This document shows, piece by piece, positions 35,826 to 45,479 of a DNA stretch of 64,000 nt (positions are counted from its first letter, which is position 1; each line of letters begins with the position of its first letter). Under the pieces are notes generated by a model. It was not told where the DNA came from and made no database searches. It saw only the letters and a list, made by a program, of their open reading frames with translations. The DNA lies in contig CAWGJO010000021.1 of the NCBI GenBank assembly GCA_963822945.1, positions 224,001-288,000 on the forward strand, given 5' to 3'. The translations under genes and the position numbers were made by a program. This DNA is from an uncultured Gemmatimonadaceae bacterium (GTDB lineage: Bacteria > Gemmatimonadota > Gemmatimonadetes > Gemmatimonadales > Gemmatimonadaceae).

Positions 35826-36584
35826 TCAGTAGTCTTCGCAGACGTACACGACTTTGGCGCTGCAAGCGGTCTCGTGCCACGTACCGTCGGCACTCATCTG
35901 CATGCAGTCGTTGGCGTCCTTGCCCGTCGGATCGTTCGGCCCCCAGTTGGTGTACACGCCGCCCACCGGGCTGCCGTTGGCGCCGCCGGTCCAGAACGCC
36001 GTACCGTCCGGCCACTCCCAGCTTCCCTCCGTGGTCCAGTCCGTGGCCCCCAGCCACAGCGCGCCCATGCCGAGGGACGTGGCCGTCGAGCGCAGCCAGT
36101 CGTTTTCCGTGGCATCGTTGGGGCGTGCCGGTTTCATGTTTTGATTGATGCAGTCTTCGGCGGCCAAGCTCAACGTCGTCTGGTTGGCGCAAAACGCATA
36201 CCCGTGGTTGTCGAATTTGTGCCCGACGCACCCGGCGCTGCACACGCCGCCGTTGTCTGCGGTGCCGTCGCAGTCGTCGTCTTCCCCATTGCAAACCTCG
36301 GCGCCGCACGTCGTTCCGCCACTGCCGCCGCCGGCCCCACCGCCGCCGTCCGGAGCGGCGCCCGCCGCTCCGCCAGGAAAGCCGCCGCCGCTGCCCCCCG
36401 AGGGAAAGCCTCCCCCGGCGCCCGCGCCGCCGCTGCCTCCGCCTGCTGCGTCGCCGGCGGCGGCGTCCGTCATTCCCGCTGAGCCACCACTCCCCGGCAG
36501 GTCCCCATCGACCGGCTCGCTCGACGCGCAAGCGCAAGCGACCGAGCTGGCAAAGGCGAGCAGGCAGAGGCGGACAGCCAGCAT
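35826..36584 (-). CDS. Lipoprotein with Gly-rich stalk, EVCNGxDDDCDG motif and C-terminal C-type lectin domain
   Basis: YAFC...AAEDC...ENDWL...WLGATD..TEGSWEWPDG...YTNWGPNDP...CMQM...WHETAC...YVCE is a CTLD signature. Confidence 0.85.
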   Translation of the reverse strand: MLAVRLCLLAFASSVACACASSEPVDGDLPGSGGSAGMTDAAAGDAAGGGSGGAGAGGGFPSGGSGGGFPGGAAGAAPDGGGGAGGGSGGTTCGAEVCNGEDDDCDGTADNGGVCSAGCVGHKFDNHGYAFCANQTTLSLAAEDCINQNMKPARPNDATENDWLRSTATSLGMGALWLGATDWTTEGSWEWPDGTAFWTGGANGSPVGGVYTNWGPNDPTGKDANDCMQMSADGTWHETACSAKVVYVCEDY

Positions 36585-36642
36585 TGGCGAGAGCGTAGCA
36601 CGCACGCCGACGGTGGTAGCCGCACGCGTGATAGGCTCAGGC

Positions 36643-37971
36643 ATGCGACCCGTAGTCTTGGCGAGCATCGTCGCGCTCCCGCTGACGCTGGGCTGCGGCA
36701 GCGACGACGGCAGCGGAAGTGGACCGCCGGCGGGCGGCGCCGCCGGCAGTGCGGGCTCGGCCGCCGGCGGCAACGGTGGCGTCGGCGCCACGGACGCGGG
36801 GTTTCCGTCAGGCGGAGCCGGCGGCAACGCGGGCAGCAGCGGCAACGCGGGCAGCAGCGGCAACGCGGGCAGCAGCGGCAACGCGGGCAGCGGCGGGTCG
36901 GGAGGGGATCCCAACTACACCGCCGACGGCTGCTTCAAATGGACGGAGCAGCTCTCGCTACAAGCTGCCGTCGATCAACACGACTGCGTCGAGGTCCAGC
37001 CCGGAACCTACACCCTGACTCAAACCGTGGCCGTCAAGCCCGGCCACACTCTCCGAGGAGTGAGCGCTGCGCAGTCCATCCTGAAGGCGAGCCAGAGCGC
37101 GTGGACCTTCGGTTGCTGCGACGCCATGATCAGCGACACTCTTCCCGCAACGCCGGAAGCCAACCCTTTCCACGTTCAGAAGCTCACCTTGGACGGCGCG
37201 GGCGTGGCGACCTACAACGTCTGCTGCCGCGGCTATGTGGTGGAAGACTCCGTGCTCGAGAACTCGCGCTGCTCCGCCATCGGCGCCGCGGGCAAGGGCG
37301 TGACGGCGAAGAACAACCAGATGCTCTACAGCGCCCAGCCCACCAACGTGCCGGGCAAGGGCAGCGTGAGCTGCGCGACTGGCGGTTTCGGCGGCGTTGC
37401 CGAAGGCGCCGCCATCTACTCCGAGGCCAAAGCCGCCACTCTTGGCACCGTGATTGACGGCAACACCATCAAGTTCAGCTTCGGACCCGCCATGGACATC
37501 AACGGCGCCTGGGGCGGCGTGTTCACCAACAACCAGGTGTCCGACAACACGGCGTGGGCCGCGGTCAGCCTGTATGGCGCCAGCAACTGGCTGATCCAGG
37601 GCAACACCATCAGCCATCCGGCGACGGAGCCGCCCCAGCCGTACCATCCGTATTGCGCCACCGGCCCGAATGGCGGGCACTCCGCCGGCATCTTCCTGTG
37701 CCAGGACACGGACGCGAACAACCTCGTCGTCAACGGCAACACCATCACCGGCAACAAGACCAGCAGCTTCTACGGCATCCTCAGCGTGGGCGCGGACGAG
37801 GTGAAGGCGTACTGGGCCCCGCGCAACAACACGTTCTCCGGCAACGACGTGTTCGGCAGCAACGTCGGCTGCGCCGACGACTTCAAGCCCGGCCAGTGGC
37901 TCACGGACAAGAACGACTGGACCGGTAACAACTGCCAAGGCTCCCCGAACACGGGCCCCAGCTACTTCTGA
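36643..37971 (+). CDS. Lipoprotein with right-handed parallel beta-helix (pectate-lyase-like fold)
   Basis: Lipobox LTLGC, Gly-rich linker, LQAAVD...VQPGTY cap and Asn-ladder repeats IDGNTI, IQGNTI, VNGNTITGN, NNTFSGN. Confidence 0.8.
   Translation: MRPVVLASIVALPLTLGCGSDDGSGSGPPAGGAAGSAGSAAGGNGGVGATDAGFPSGGAGGNAGSSGNAGSSGNAGSSGNAGSGGSGGDPNYTADGCFKWTEQLSLQAAVDQHDCVEVQPGTYTLTQTVAVKPGHTLRGVSAAQSILKASQSAWTFGCCDAMISDTLPATPEANPFHVQKLTLDGAGVATYNVCCRGYVVEDSVLENSRCSAIGAAGKGVTAKNNQMLYSAQPTNVPGKGSVSCATGGFGGVAEGAAIYSEAKAATLGTVIDGNTIKFSFGPAMDINGAWGGVFTNNQVSDNTAWAAVSLYGASNWLIQGNTISHPATEPPQPYHPYCATGPNGGHSAGIFLCQDTDANNLVVNGNTITGNKTSSFYGILSVGADEVKAYWAPRNNTFSGNDVFGSNVGCADDFKPGQWLTDKNDWTGNNCQGSPNTGPSYF
36823..36894 (+). 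repeat. 18-bp coding tandem repeat (GNAGSS) x4
   Basis: Unit ggcaacgcgggcagcagc repeated four times. Confidence 0.95.
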
Positions 37972-38007
37972 GAACTTGTTGGTCCGCCGGGGAAGCGCCG
38001 CGGACGC

Positions 38008-39207
38008 TCAGAAGTGGTCCTTGGGGGGGCTGCTGCCGAGCGTGACATCGTCGACCAGTACGCGCGCACGCTCGAGGTAGCCCGGCTTCGCCTTGTTGTG
38101 GTCGGGCGTGGGGTGCCAACCCAGTAGCGGGCGGCTGCGGTAGCGTACGGGCCAGGCAGGCTCTTGCCCGAGCCTTTCTTGGGCCAGGGCGATGGCCAGC
38201 GGGCGGAACCAGGTCGACCAGGCGTCGCTCTGGTTGCTGTCGACTCGCAGGGTGCTGAGGCCGCTGTAGACGACCTGACGATGCTTGGCGCGGCGCTGGG
38301 GCGAAGTCCAGCAGTAGCCGCCGTCCGGTCGCCGGCTGGCGCGCAGCGCCGGAAGGGCGCGCGCGAGGGCGTCGCGCACTTCGCGCTCCTGCCTGGAGCC
38401 GTCGGCCTCGAGCTTGGCGAGAATGTCGATGGCGTCCAGGTCCTCGCACGACCCGCCGCCGGGCGCGCTCCACAGTCCGGTGCTCTCTTGCAGCTTCAGT
38501 GTGGAGGCGACGGCGGCGGACTGATGGAAGATGGGCCTGCCCAGGTACTGGTAGAAGCCGTAAACATGAAACGCTCCCGCCATCCCGTTGAACAGGGAGG
38601 CGCCTTGTTGCGTTCCCCAGTAGCCGGTCTTGGGATCCTGACGCTTGTCGAGCCAGTCGAGGACGCGATGGGCGGCCGGCGAGCTCGAACCCTCGGCTTC
38701 AATCAAGAAGTAGAGCAGGAACATCACGTAGTTGCTGGCGAACCAGAAGTCGTCGAAGCCCAACGTCCCCAGCCAAGGCATCACCACCGAATCCGAGGTG
38801 AAGGGCTCGATGAAAGACAAGCGCTGTGGTGGCTCGGCATCCAGCGCGTCGAGCGCATGCAGTGCGAAGTAGGTCTCCTGCCACGACAAATAGGTGGGAG
38901 TGAACTTCCGCAAGTTCAGCACGATACTGTCGCCGTGCTGCGGATCGCGGAACGTTCCGTCGGGCTGCTGGCAGCTGGAGATGGACTCAATCAGCTCCCG
39001 GCGGCGCTGCGCCGGAAGCCCTGGCAGCGCCCCGAGCGTCTCTTGCGCCAGCACTCCAAAGCAGGTTGCCAACAACGTCTTGGGACAGCCCACGGCAAAG
39101 CGATAGCCGCCGTCACACCCGAGCGCCTGCTCCAGGAAGCGTGCGGTGTGTTCCATGTCCGCGCGAGTTTCGCGACGTGGGGCTTCGAGAGTGGCGGCGA
39201 CCTTCAT
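38008..39207 (-). CDS. Prenyltransferase/squalene-oxidase-repeat (alpha/alpha barrel)-like protein
   Basis: QW-like repeats SCQQPDGTF, KRQDPKTGYWG, LQESTGLW, SRRPDGGY; start could also be 39156. Confidence 0.6.
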   Translation of the reverse strand: MKVAATLEAPRRETRADMEHTARFLEQALGCDGGYRFAVGCPKTLLATCFGVLAQETLGALPGLPAQRRRELIESISSCQQPDGTFRDPQHGDSIVLNLRKFTPTYLSWQETYFALHALDALDAEPPQRLSFIEPFTSDSVVMPWLGTLGFDDFWFASNYVMFLLYFLIEAEGSSSPAAHRVLDWLDKRQDPKTGYWGTQQGASLFNGMAGAFHVYGFYQYLGRPIFHQSAAVASTLKLQESTGLWSAPGGGSCEDLDAIDILAKLEADGSRQEREVRDALARALPALRASRRPDGGYCWTSPQRRAKHRQVVYSGLSTLRVDSNQSDAWSTWFRPLAIALAQERLGQEPAWPVRYRSRPLLGWHPTPDHNKAKPGYLERARVLVDDVTLGSSPPKDHF

Positions 39208-39329
39208 GCGCGAATGAACCGTTCGGCTCAAGCGTGCGTCGTGGTCCCTACCGACGCAAGAGCGGCTCGAGGTGTAGCAATTTTGCAACACTAGCGACCA
39301 GGGCGTTTCCGCACGGATCGACCGTTTCG

Positions 39330-39357
39330 TTGACAGGAAAGTGCCGGGCGCTATAGG
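39330..39357 (+). promoter_or_regulatory. Putative sigma70-type promoter of the radical SAM/methyltransferase pair
   Basis: TTGACA-16 nt-TATAGG, with AAGGAG before ATG 39408. Confidence 0.5.
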
Positions 39358-39407
39358 AACGCGGATTGCACCAGTCCGCGCGGCCGATCGCCCAAGGAGT
39401 GCCCCTG

Positions 39408-40634
39408 ATGAAGGTTCTACTAGTCAACAACGGCGACAGCAACGCGAACTTCTCGACAAACGAACGTCGCTTCCCCATCGGCCTCGGTTACCTGTCGGCG
39501 GTGCTCAAGAAGGAAGGGCACTCGGTGCAGCTCGTCGACCGCTTCGCGGATCGCGGTGCGTGGGTCGACGGTGACGTGAACGAGTTCGACTTCGTCGGCG
39601 TGTACACGAGCACGCCGTGCTACGAGGACGCCCTCGCCGTGGTGGACCTGCTGGAGGACTTCAAAGGCACCGTCGCCTTTGGCGGTCCGCACACCACCGC
39701 GTTCCCCACCACGGTGCCGCCGCGGGTGGACTACGTCGTCCAAGGCGAGGCGGAATACATCATCAACGACCTGGTTCATGGAAAGTTCCCTCGCGGAACT
39801 TTGATCCGAACCCAGCGGATCGAGAACCTGGATGCGATGCCGCGGGCGGATTACGACCTATTTTTGGACAAGCCTCGGGACTACACCTGGGAGATCCCCT
39901 TCACGGACATCAAGCCGATCTACTTGATGAACACCTCGCGGAGCTGCCCCTACACCTGCAGCTTCTGCACGGTTCGTGACATCTGGGGCGTGCTGTGGAC
40001 CTCCCAGAGCGCCGAACGCGTAGTGGACGACATCGAGTACCTGGTCAAGACCTACGACCCGGCCGGCGTCTACTTCCGGGAGGACATCTTCACCGCGAAC
40101 AAGAAGCGCGTAGTCGAGATTTGCGAGCTGATTCTCAAGCGCAACATCAAGATCAATTGGGCTTGCGAGACCCGCGTGGACCTCGGGTCGGAAGAGGCGT
40201 TCATCGAGCTGATGGCTCGAAGCGGATGTCGGGGCATCTACGTCGGCGCTGAGAGCGGTAGCCAGCGGATGCTCGACTTCTACAACAAACAGATCAAGGT
40301 CGAGCAAATTCGCGACACCGTGAAATGGGCCAAAAAGCACGGCATTGTCACGGCCATGTCCTTGATCGTGGACCACCCGAAAGAGACCTGGAAGGACAAG
40401 CTCGATACCTGGAAGCTGGTGAAGACCTCGCGTCCCGAGATCGTGTGGAAGAACCCCTACCGGGACGACGTGACCCGTCACGGCACCACCAAGTTCCCCA
40501 CCTACGATCCCCGCGAGATGATCGAGGTGAAGTTCGAGAACGGCACCTGGCGTGGGCAGAGTGACCGCTTGGTTCCCAGCAAGAGCTTGGTTAAGGGGCA
40601 GCGGGACAGCGACGGCGCTTCCTGTAGTGCCTGA
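39408..40634 (+). CDS. B12-binding-domain radical SAM enzyme (class B methyltransferase-like)
   Basis: PIGLGYLSAVL, GGPHTT, VQGEAE cobalamin-binding motifs; SRSCPYTCSFC CxxxCxxC; GAESGSQRML. Confidence 0.92.
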   Translation: MKVLLVNNGDSNANFSTNERRFPIGLGYLSAVLKKEGHSVQLVDRFADRGAWVDGDVNEFDFVGVYTSTPCYEDALAVVDLLEDFKGTVAFGGPHTTAFPTTVPPRVDYVVQGEAEYIINDLVHGKFPRGTLIRTQRIENLDAMPRADYDLFLDKPRDYTWEIPFTDIKPIYLMNTSRSCPYTCSFCTVRDIWGVLWTSQSAERVVDDIEYLVKTYDPAGVYFREDIFTANKKRVVEICELILKRNIKINWACETRVDLGSEEAFIELMARSGCRGIYVGAESGSQRMLDFYNKQIKVEQIRDTVKWAKKHGIVTAMSLIVDHPKETWKDKLDTWKLVKTSRPEIVWKNPYRDDVTRHGTTKFPTYDPREMIEVKFENGTWRGQSDRLVPSKSLVKGQRDSDGASCSA

Positions 40635-40656
40635 CTTGGCAGCGGGCTGAGCCGCA

Positions 40657-41361
40657 GTGCTGGGTCGTCTCGAGCGCTGGCTAGAAGCGCGACTCCTGAA
40701 CCGGACTTTCGAGCGCTGGACGGCGGATCTGCCCATGCGCTCACGCGTCGACACCGTCCTGAGCCTTCGCCCCGAAGACTTGGGGCTGTCCGCCGGAGAG
40801 GACGACGAGCGCGGATTGCCCGGCAATCGCGAGTTCATGGAGTCGGGCTGGTACAAGCACATGCTGTGTCGCTACCTGCTGGCGATGGACTGGTCCGCGG
40901 GCAAACGGGTACTCGACAGTTGTTCCGGCCTGGGCTGGGGTAGCTACTTGGTTGCGGGTGCAGCGCGACAGGTCGTAGGCGTCGATCGCGACGCGGAAGC
41001 GATCGACTTCTGCCGCCGTCGCTGGACCGATGACAACCTGGAGTTCGTGGAAGGCAGCGTGCTTGCCCTGCCCTTCGAGGACGAGAGCTTCGACGTGGTG
41101 ATGTGCATGGAAGCCATCGAGCACTTCAGCGTGGAGGACGGCCGCCGGTATCTGGCGGAACTGCGCCGCGTGTGCCGGCCGGGAGGCGTGCTGGTGGGGA
41201 GCTCCGCCTTCCCGAAGACGCGCACTGCCGCGGACGAGCTGTGCGCCAAGAACGAGTTCCACCTGTACGTGTACACGCGCGCGGAAATGCAGCAATTGCT
41301 GCGACAATTCGGCTCGCCCCGGCGCCTCACCCGCCACTACTTCGCAGCGGAAAAATCCTAG
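40657..41361 (+). CDS. Class I SAM-dependent methyltransferase
   Basis: HMLCRY, VLDSCSGLGWG, LPFEDESFDVV, EAIEH, RVCRPGG, NEFH. Confidence 0.9.
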   Translation: MLGRLERWLEARLLNRTFERWTADLPMRSRVDTVLSLRPEDLGLSAGEDDERGLPGNREFMESGWYKHMLCRYLLAMDWSAGKRVLDSCSGLGWGSYLVAGAARQVVGVDRDAEAIDFCRRRWTDDNLEFVEGSVLALPFEDESFDVVMCMEAIEHFSVEDGRRYLAELRRVCRPGGVLVGSSAFPKTRTAADELCAKNEFHLYVYTRAEMQQLLRQFGSPRRLTRHYFAAEKS

Positions 41362-42212
41362 CGGCGCGCGGCGCGCGGAAAATCCAGGGACCTGAGCGGA
41401 GCGTAGCGCGGCAGCCCGCGTATGCGGGCCTCGCGCTCCTTCTGCTTCTCCCGTTGGCTGGAGATCAGTGAGCCGCCGTGCAGGTTGTACACGTAGGTTA
41501 CGCGCTCCACGTGGCGGGCGTGGTGACCGGCCAGCTCCAACATCGGAAAGTAGTGAGCCATGTCTACGGAGGACCGGAAGTACTCGCCGGTATCCGGATC
41601 GATCAGGCTTTCGTCCAGCACGTGCTCGAACAACTCCCGGCGGAACGAGTGAAGGTGCGACGAGATCCAGCGATAGTCGCGATAGCTGGCCCGGGCAACC
41701 ACCCGCCTGGGGAGCCGCTCGCTGTTGGCCGACGGGCGCCCGTCGGGAAACCGCCAAGAGTTGTATGTCATCCACAGCTCGCGGTCGCGATACAGCACGT
41801 CGAGGTAGGCCAGCACCCGAGGATCCGGCAACCAGTCATCCCCATCCACCTGCAACACGATGCTTCCTGTCGGTGCTTCGCGGAACCCCGCGGTCAGGTT
41901 TGCGCAGCCGCCGAGGTTCTCCGTGTTCCGGCGGTATTCGACGTTGTCGATCCCGTGGGTGCGAAGGGCATCGCGCACGACGCGTTCGGTGTCGTCACTG
42001 GACGCGTCGTCGATCAGCACATGGCGGTAAAGGTCCTTCGGATAGCGTTGGGAGGCAACGGACCGAATGTGCCGCTCCAGGAAGGGTGCCGCCTGATACG
42101 CCGTCGAGACGATCCAGAAAAAGTGGACCGGCTCTTCGCGGGACAGAGCGAGCTTGGCGTCGGCGACCAGACCCGCCACGGCTCGCTTCAGCTTGCGGAC
42201 CCGCGCCCCCAT
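41358..42212 (-). CDS. Glycosyltransferase family 2
   Basis: SVASQRY, LIDDASSDDT, VDGDDWL (DXD), HLHSFRRELF. Confidence 0.9.
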   Translation of the reverse strand: MGARVRKLKRAVAGLVADAKLALSREEPVHFFWIVSTAYQAAPFLERHIRSVASQRYPKDLYRHVLIDDASSDDTERVVRDALRTHGIDNVEYRRNTENLGGCANLTAGFREAPTGSIVLQVDGDDWLPDPRVLAYLDVLYRDRELWMTYNSWRFPDGRPSANSERLPRRVVARASYRDYRWISSHLHSFRRELFEHVLDESLIDPDTGEYFRSSVDMAHYFPMLELAGHHARHVERVTYVYNLHGGSLISSQREKQKEREARIRGLPRYAPLRSLDFPRAARR

Positions 42213-42215
42213 CGC

Positions 42216-43403
42216 CTAGGAGTGCTCGATGCGCACCGGCAGGAAGTTCTTGCCGGTGGAAAACGGCATGCTCGCGACCTCGATGGGCACGCGCCACCAG
42301 AACAGGTGCTCCGTTCGGTTCTTCGCCCAAATCGCGAGCACGATGGTGCCCACGCTGCCGTTGATGGCCACGGCCTCGGTGGTGACGCTGAGCGTGTGCT
42401 TCCCCGGTTTTAGATCCACGTGGGTGCCATAGGCGCGGTTCGTGGCCTGGAAGTACATGTCAGGATCCCGCGAGTCGTAGATGGCGATGTCGATCTCGAT
42501 GTCCTCGTAGGCCTGCGTGCAGGTGTACGGCAGGGTGAACGTGAACGAGCCGCCCGACGGGAGATTGCGGTCCGACAGCTCCACGTTCTCGAACTGGACG
42601 TGGTCCCCGCCGTTCAACAGCCGCTCGATGGCCTCCTCGCCCTCGCCCATGAACAGGCGCGTGTACTCGCGAATGCCGTCGAACACGTTGTCGTAGCGCT
42701 CGAAGTCCCCCTTGTTCAGCAACGCCACCCAGTCCACGAAACTGGCGATGGTGTGCATGTTGTGGGACACGACGATGAAGCTCGTTCCGTTCTTGCGAAA
42801 TCCGACATCTTGCGGAAGCACTTGGTTTGAAAGCCACGATCGCCCACGGCCAGCACTTCGTCCACCAACATGATGTCGGGCCGCGAGTGCACCGCGACGG
42901 CAAAACCCAAACGAACGAACATGCCACTGGAATAGTGTTTCACCGGCGTGTCGATGAATTCCCCAATCTCGGCGAACTCCACGATGCTGTCGAAGCTCTC
43001 GTCCAGCTCCGCTTTGTTCATGCCCAGGATCGCGCCGTTGATGTAGACGTTCTCGCGTCCGGTCAACAGCGGATGAAAGCCTGCGCCCACGGCTATCAGT
43101 GCGCCCACGCGACCGCGCACGTGGATGGCGCCCTTGTCCGGCCAGAATGCCATTCACCATCTTGAGCAGAGTGGTCTTGCCGGAGCCGTTGGGGCCGATC
43201 AACCCGATGCTTTGACCGCGCTCCACTTCGAAGCTGACGTCCCGAACCGCCCAGAACTCTTGCTTGCGCAGCACCTCGGAGCGCGAACGCATTCCGACGG
43301 CGTTGCGCGACAAGTCCTCCAACCCGTACAGCATGGAACGCCGCAGGTCCTTGCAGTACTTCTTGGAGACGTTTTCGACGGCGATTACCAGATCGTCGCG
43401 CAC
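42216..43403 (-). CDS. wzt: Polysaccharide ABC exporter ATPase with C-terminal Wzt_C-like domain (two frameshifts)
   Basis: [49 protein letters not shown]; beta-rich C-terminal extension. Confidence 0.92.
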   Translation of the reverse strand: MRDDLVIAVENVSKKYCKDLRRSMLYGLEDLSRNAVGMRSRSEVLRKQEFWAVRDVSFEVERGQSIGLIGPNGSGKTTLLKMVNGILAGQGRHPRARSRGRTDSRGRRLSSAVDRTRERLHQRRDPGHEQSGAGRELRQHRGVRRDWGIHRHAGETLFQWHVRSFGFCRRGALAARHHVGGRSAGRGRSWLSNQVLPQDVGFRKNGTSFIVVSHNMHTIASFVDWVALLNKGDFERYDNVFDGIREYTRLFMGEGEEAIERLLNGGDHVQFENVELSDRNLPSGGSFTFTLPYTCTQAYEDIEIDIAIYDSRDPDMYFQATNRAYGTHVDLKPGKHTLSVTTEAVAINGSVGTIVLAIWAKNRTEHLFWWRVPIEVASMPFSTGKNFLPVRIEHS

Positions 43404-43406
43404 GAG

Positions 43407-44339
43407 TCAGATCCGTTCCGCGATACGGGTTTCCGTCAGGTGGAAACCGACCAGGGCCACCGCAAATACTCCGATTGCGACGGCGGAGGAGATGGCGAAG
43501 CCCATGGGTGTGCTCATGTGGCCCAGCAGGACCAGATCCCGCGGGCCCTGCACCAAGTAGTAGAGCGGGTTGTACTGCGTGATGGTGTCGAGCAGGCGCG
43601 CAAGTTGCGGCGCGTCGGGACCCAGGACCGGCCGGTCGTACAGCACCGGGGTCAGGAGCATCAGGAAGGTGACCACCATACCCAGCATGGTGCCGATGTC
43701 GCGCGCGATGCCATTGAGCAAGGCCAGGTAAAAAGACAGACCCAGCGTGAACAGCGCCATGGGCACCAAGGTAACGGGTGCGAGCAGCAAGCCTGCAGTC
43801 AGCGGCGGCGTGTAGCCCCGGGTTGCGTAGTAGCCGAATAGTATACCGAGCAACAGGAGCACGATCAGGAACGACACCACGGTGCGGCCCATGGACGCGA
43901 TGATCAGCGACTTCTTCGAGAAGTTGATGCGCGAGATCATCTCGCCGCCTTGCACCAGAGAGTTGGCGCCAGCCACCAAGCCTTGTGAAAAGAGCTGCCA
44001 GATGCCGATGCCCAGCACCGCGTACACCGGGTACGGTGCGGCCATCTTGCCTACGGCGACCACTCCGGAGCCCTTGAGCAGGACGAAGGTGCCGACGGTG
44101 ACCAGCGGTACGAACACCACCCAAAACACACCGAGGAGCGACTGTTTGTAGAACGCGAACATGTCGCGTTTGAACAACTGCAGCGTGAGCCAGCGCGTTG
44201 TGAGCAGCTCCACGACGATGTCTTTGACGATGGACAGGTAGCCGTGCCGCACCGAGTTGTCGGGCAGGTAGGTCACGACTTTCTGGGACTCGGCTCGTAG
44301 CTCAGCGCGGGGCAAGGTTCCCTCGGAACGGACGGTCAA
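43407..44339 (-). CDS. wzm: Polysaccharide ABC exporter permease
   Basis: FKRDMFAFYKQSLLGVFW, ISRINFS, RDIG, TPVLY, YNPL motifs; about 6 TM segments. Confidence 0.92.
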   Translation of the reverse strand: MTVRSEGTLPRAELRAESQKVVTYLPDNSVRHGYLSIVKDIVVELLTTRWLTLQLFKRDMFAFYKQSLLGVFWVVFVPLVTVGTFVLLKGSGVVAVGKMAAPYPVYAVLGIGIWQLFSQGLVAGANSLVQGGEMISRINFSKKSLIIASMGRTVVSFLIVLLLLGILFGYYATRGYTPPLTAGLLLAPVTLVPMALFTLGLSFYLALLNGIARDIGTMLGMVVTFLMLLTPVLYDRPVLGPDAPQLARLLDTITQYNPLYYLVQGPRDLVLLGHMSTPMGFAISSAVAIGVFAVALVGFHLTETRIAERI

Positions 44340-44370
44340 GGCGCGCGCGAATTAGCACGCGGCGGGCTCA

Positions 44371-44386
44371 AGCACAACTCGTGCCA
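44371..44386 (-). promoter_or_regulatory. Sigma54 (-24/-12) promoter upstream of wzm
   Basis: Minus strand reads TGGCACGAGTTGTGCT: exact GG-N10-GC spacing, about 30 nt upstream of the wzm start. Confidence 0.7.
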
Positions 44387-44537
44387 AACGGGTGCCCGTC
44401 CAATGGCGCGGCGGCGCCACCCGCGGTGATGCCGGCGGACAACAGTGGGCTCGAACCGCCCACGTCCATTGCGACCAACTGCGAGTGAGCGCGAGTTGCG
44501 CGCCGGTCCGAGTTCTGCATAGTTCCCGCTTTGGTTC

Positions 44538-45479
44538 ATGGCAGAATGCGCACATCCGGATGACGAAGGCCAGCTCCAGCGGCCGACATTTTCCATAATC
44601 CTTTGCACGCGCAATCGCGCCAAGCTCCTGAAGAATGCCCTCGAGAGCTTGTTGCGCATCGATTTCCCGCCGGAGGACTTCGAGCTGTGCCTGGTGGACA
44701 ATGGCTCCACCGACGACACCGCCAAAGTGGCGGAGGACTTCGCCCAGAGCGCTCCCTTCGAGGTGCGCTACGTCCTGGAAACGAAAGTGGGTCTGTCGGC
44801 GGCGCGCAACCGCGGCATCCGGGAAGCGCGGGGCCGGTACTTGTTCTTCACCGACGATGATCAGCTCGTGGATCCTGCGGTCTTGCGCGAACATCTCCGG
44901 GTTGCAGAGACCTACGACGCTCGAGCGGTTCAGGGGGCGATTGCCCTGGATTTTCCCGAAGGTCGCCCCGCGTGGCTGCGGGGTCCTCTGGCCGTGATCT
45001 TGGGGCAGACCCGCGACGCGGCCGAGGGGCCGTCTTCCATCGACATGTATGGTGGAAACATGGTTTTCCGCCGCGACATGTTCGATGAGGTGGACGCTTT
45101 TCGCGAGGACCTGGGCAAGGGCGCTGCCGGCTATTCGGAGGACATCGAGATCACTCGGCGGCTGCGCGAGCGCGGAGAGCCGATCGTGTACGCGCCGACG
45201 GCGCGCATCTATCACGTGATCGGTCCGGATCGGTCGTCCGCCAAGTTTTTGCGCGAAAACTCGCTCGAGAAGGGCTACTCGGACGGCCTGATCGCCAAGG
45301 GCAGCCGCGTGCGCCGGATCGCGACGGGCTTGGCGGAGGCGATGTTCCATGGTGCCGTGGCCGTCGTGACGATCCCCAATCGCCACCGCAGCGTCTTGGC
45401 GCAGACGCGCGCCTTGACGCACGTGGGCCGGCTCCTGGGTCTGCTGAAGGCAGCTCGAACGGAGGCGTTCGGGCGATGA
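44538..45479 (+). CDS. Glycosyltransferase family 2
   Basis: SIILCTRNR, VDNGSTDDT, GLSAARNRG, FTDDD, SEDIEI. Confidence 0.93.
   Translation: MAECAHPDDEGQLQRPTFSIILCTRNRAKLLKNALESLLRIDFPPEDFELCLVDNGSTDDTAKVAEDFAQSAPFEVRYVLETKVGLSAARNRGIREARGRYLFFTDDDQLVDPAVLREHLRVAETYDARAVQGAIALDFPEGRPAWLRGPLAVILGQTRDAAEGPSSIDMYGGNMVFRRDMFDEVDAFREDLGKGAAGYSEDIEITRRLRERGEPIVYAPTARIYHVIGPDRSSAKFLRENSLEKGYSDGLIAKGSRVRRIATGLAEAMFHGAVAVVTIPNRHRSVLAQTRALTHVGRLLGLLKAARTEAFGR

Noticed and set aside
33506..35893. Long antisense ORFs (795 aa here, and others opposite secA, gldG, the kinases and the cytochrome locus)
   Set aside because: Shadow frames expected in high-GC DNA opposite genes with clear family motifs; Arg/Ala/Gly-rich with no motifs
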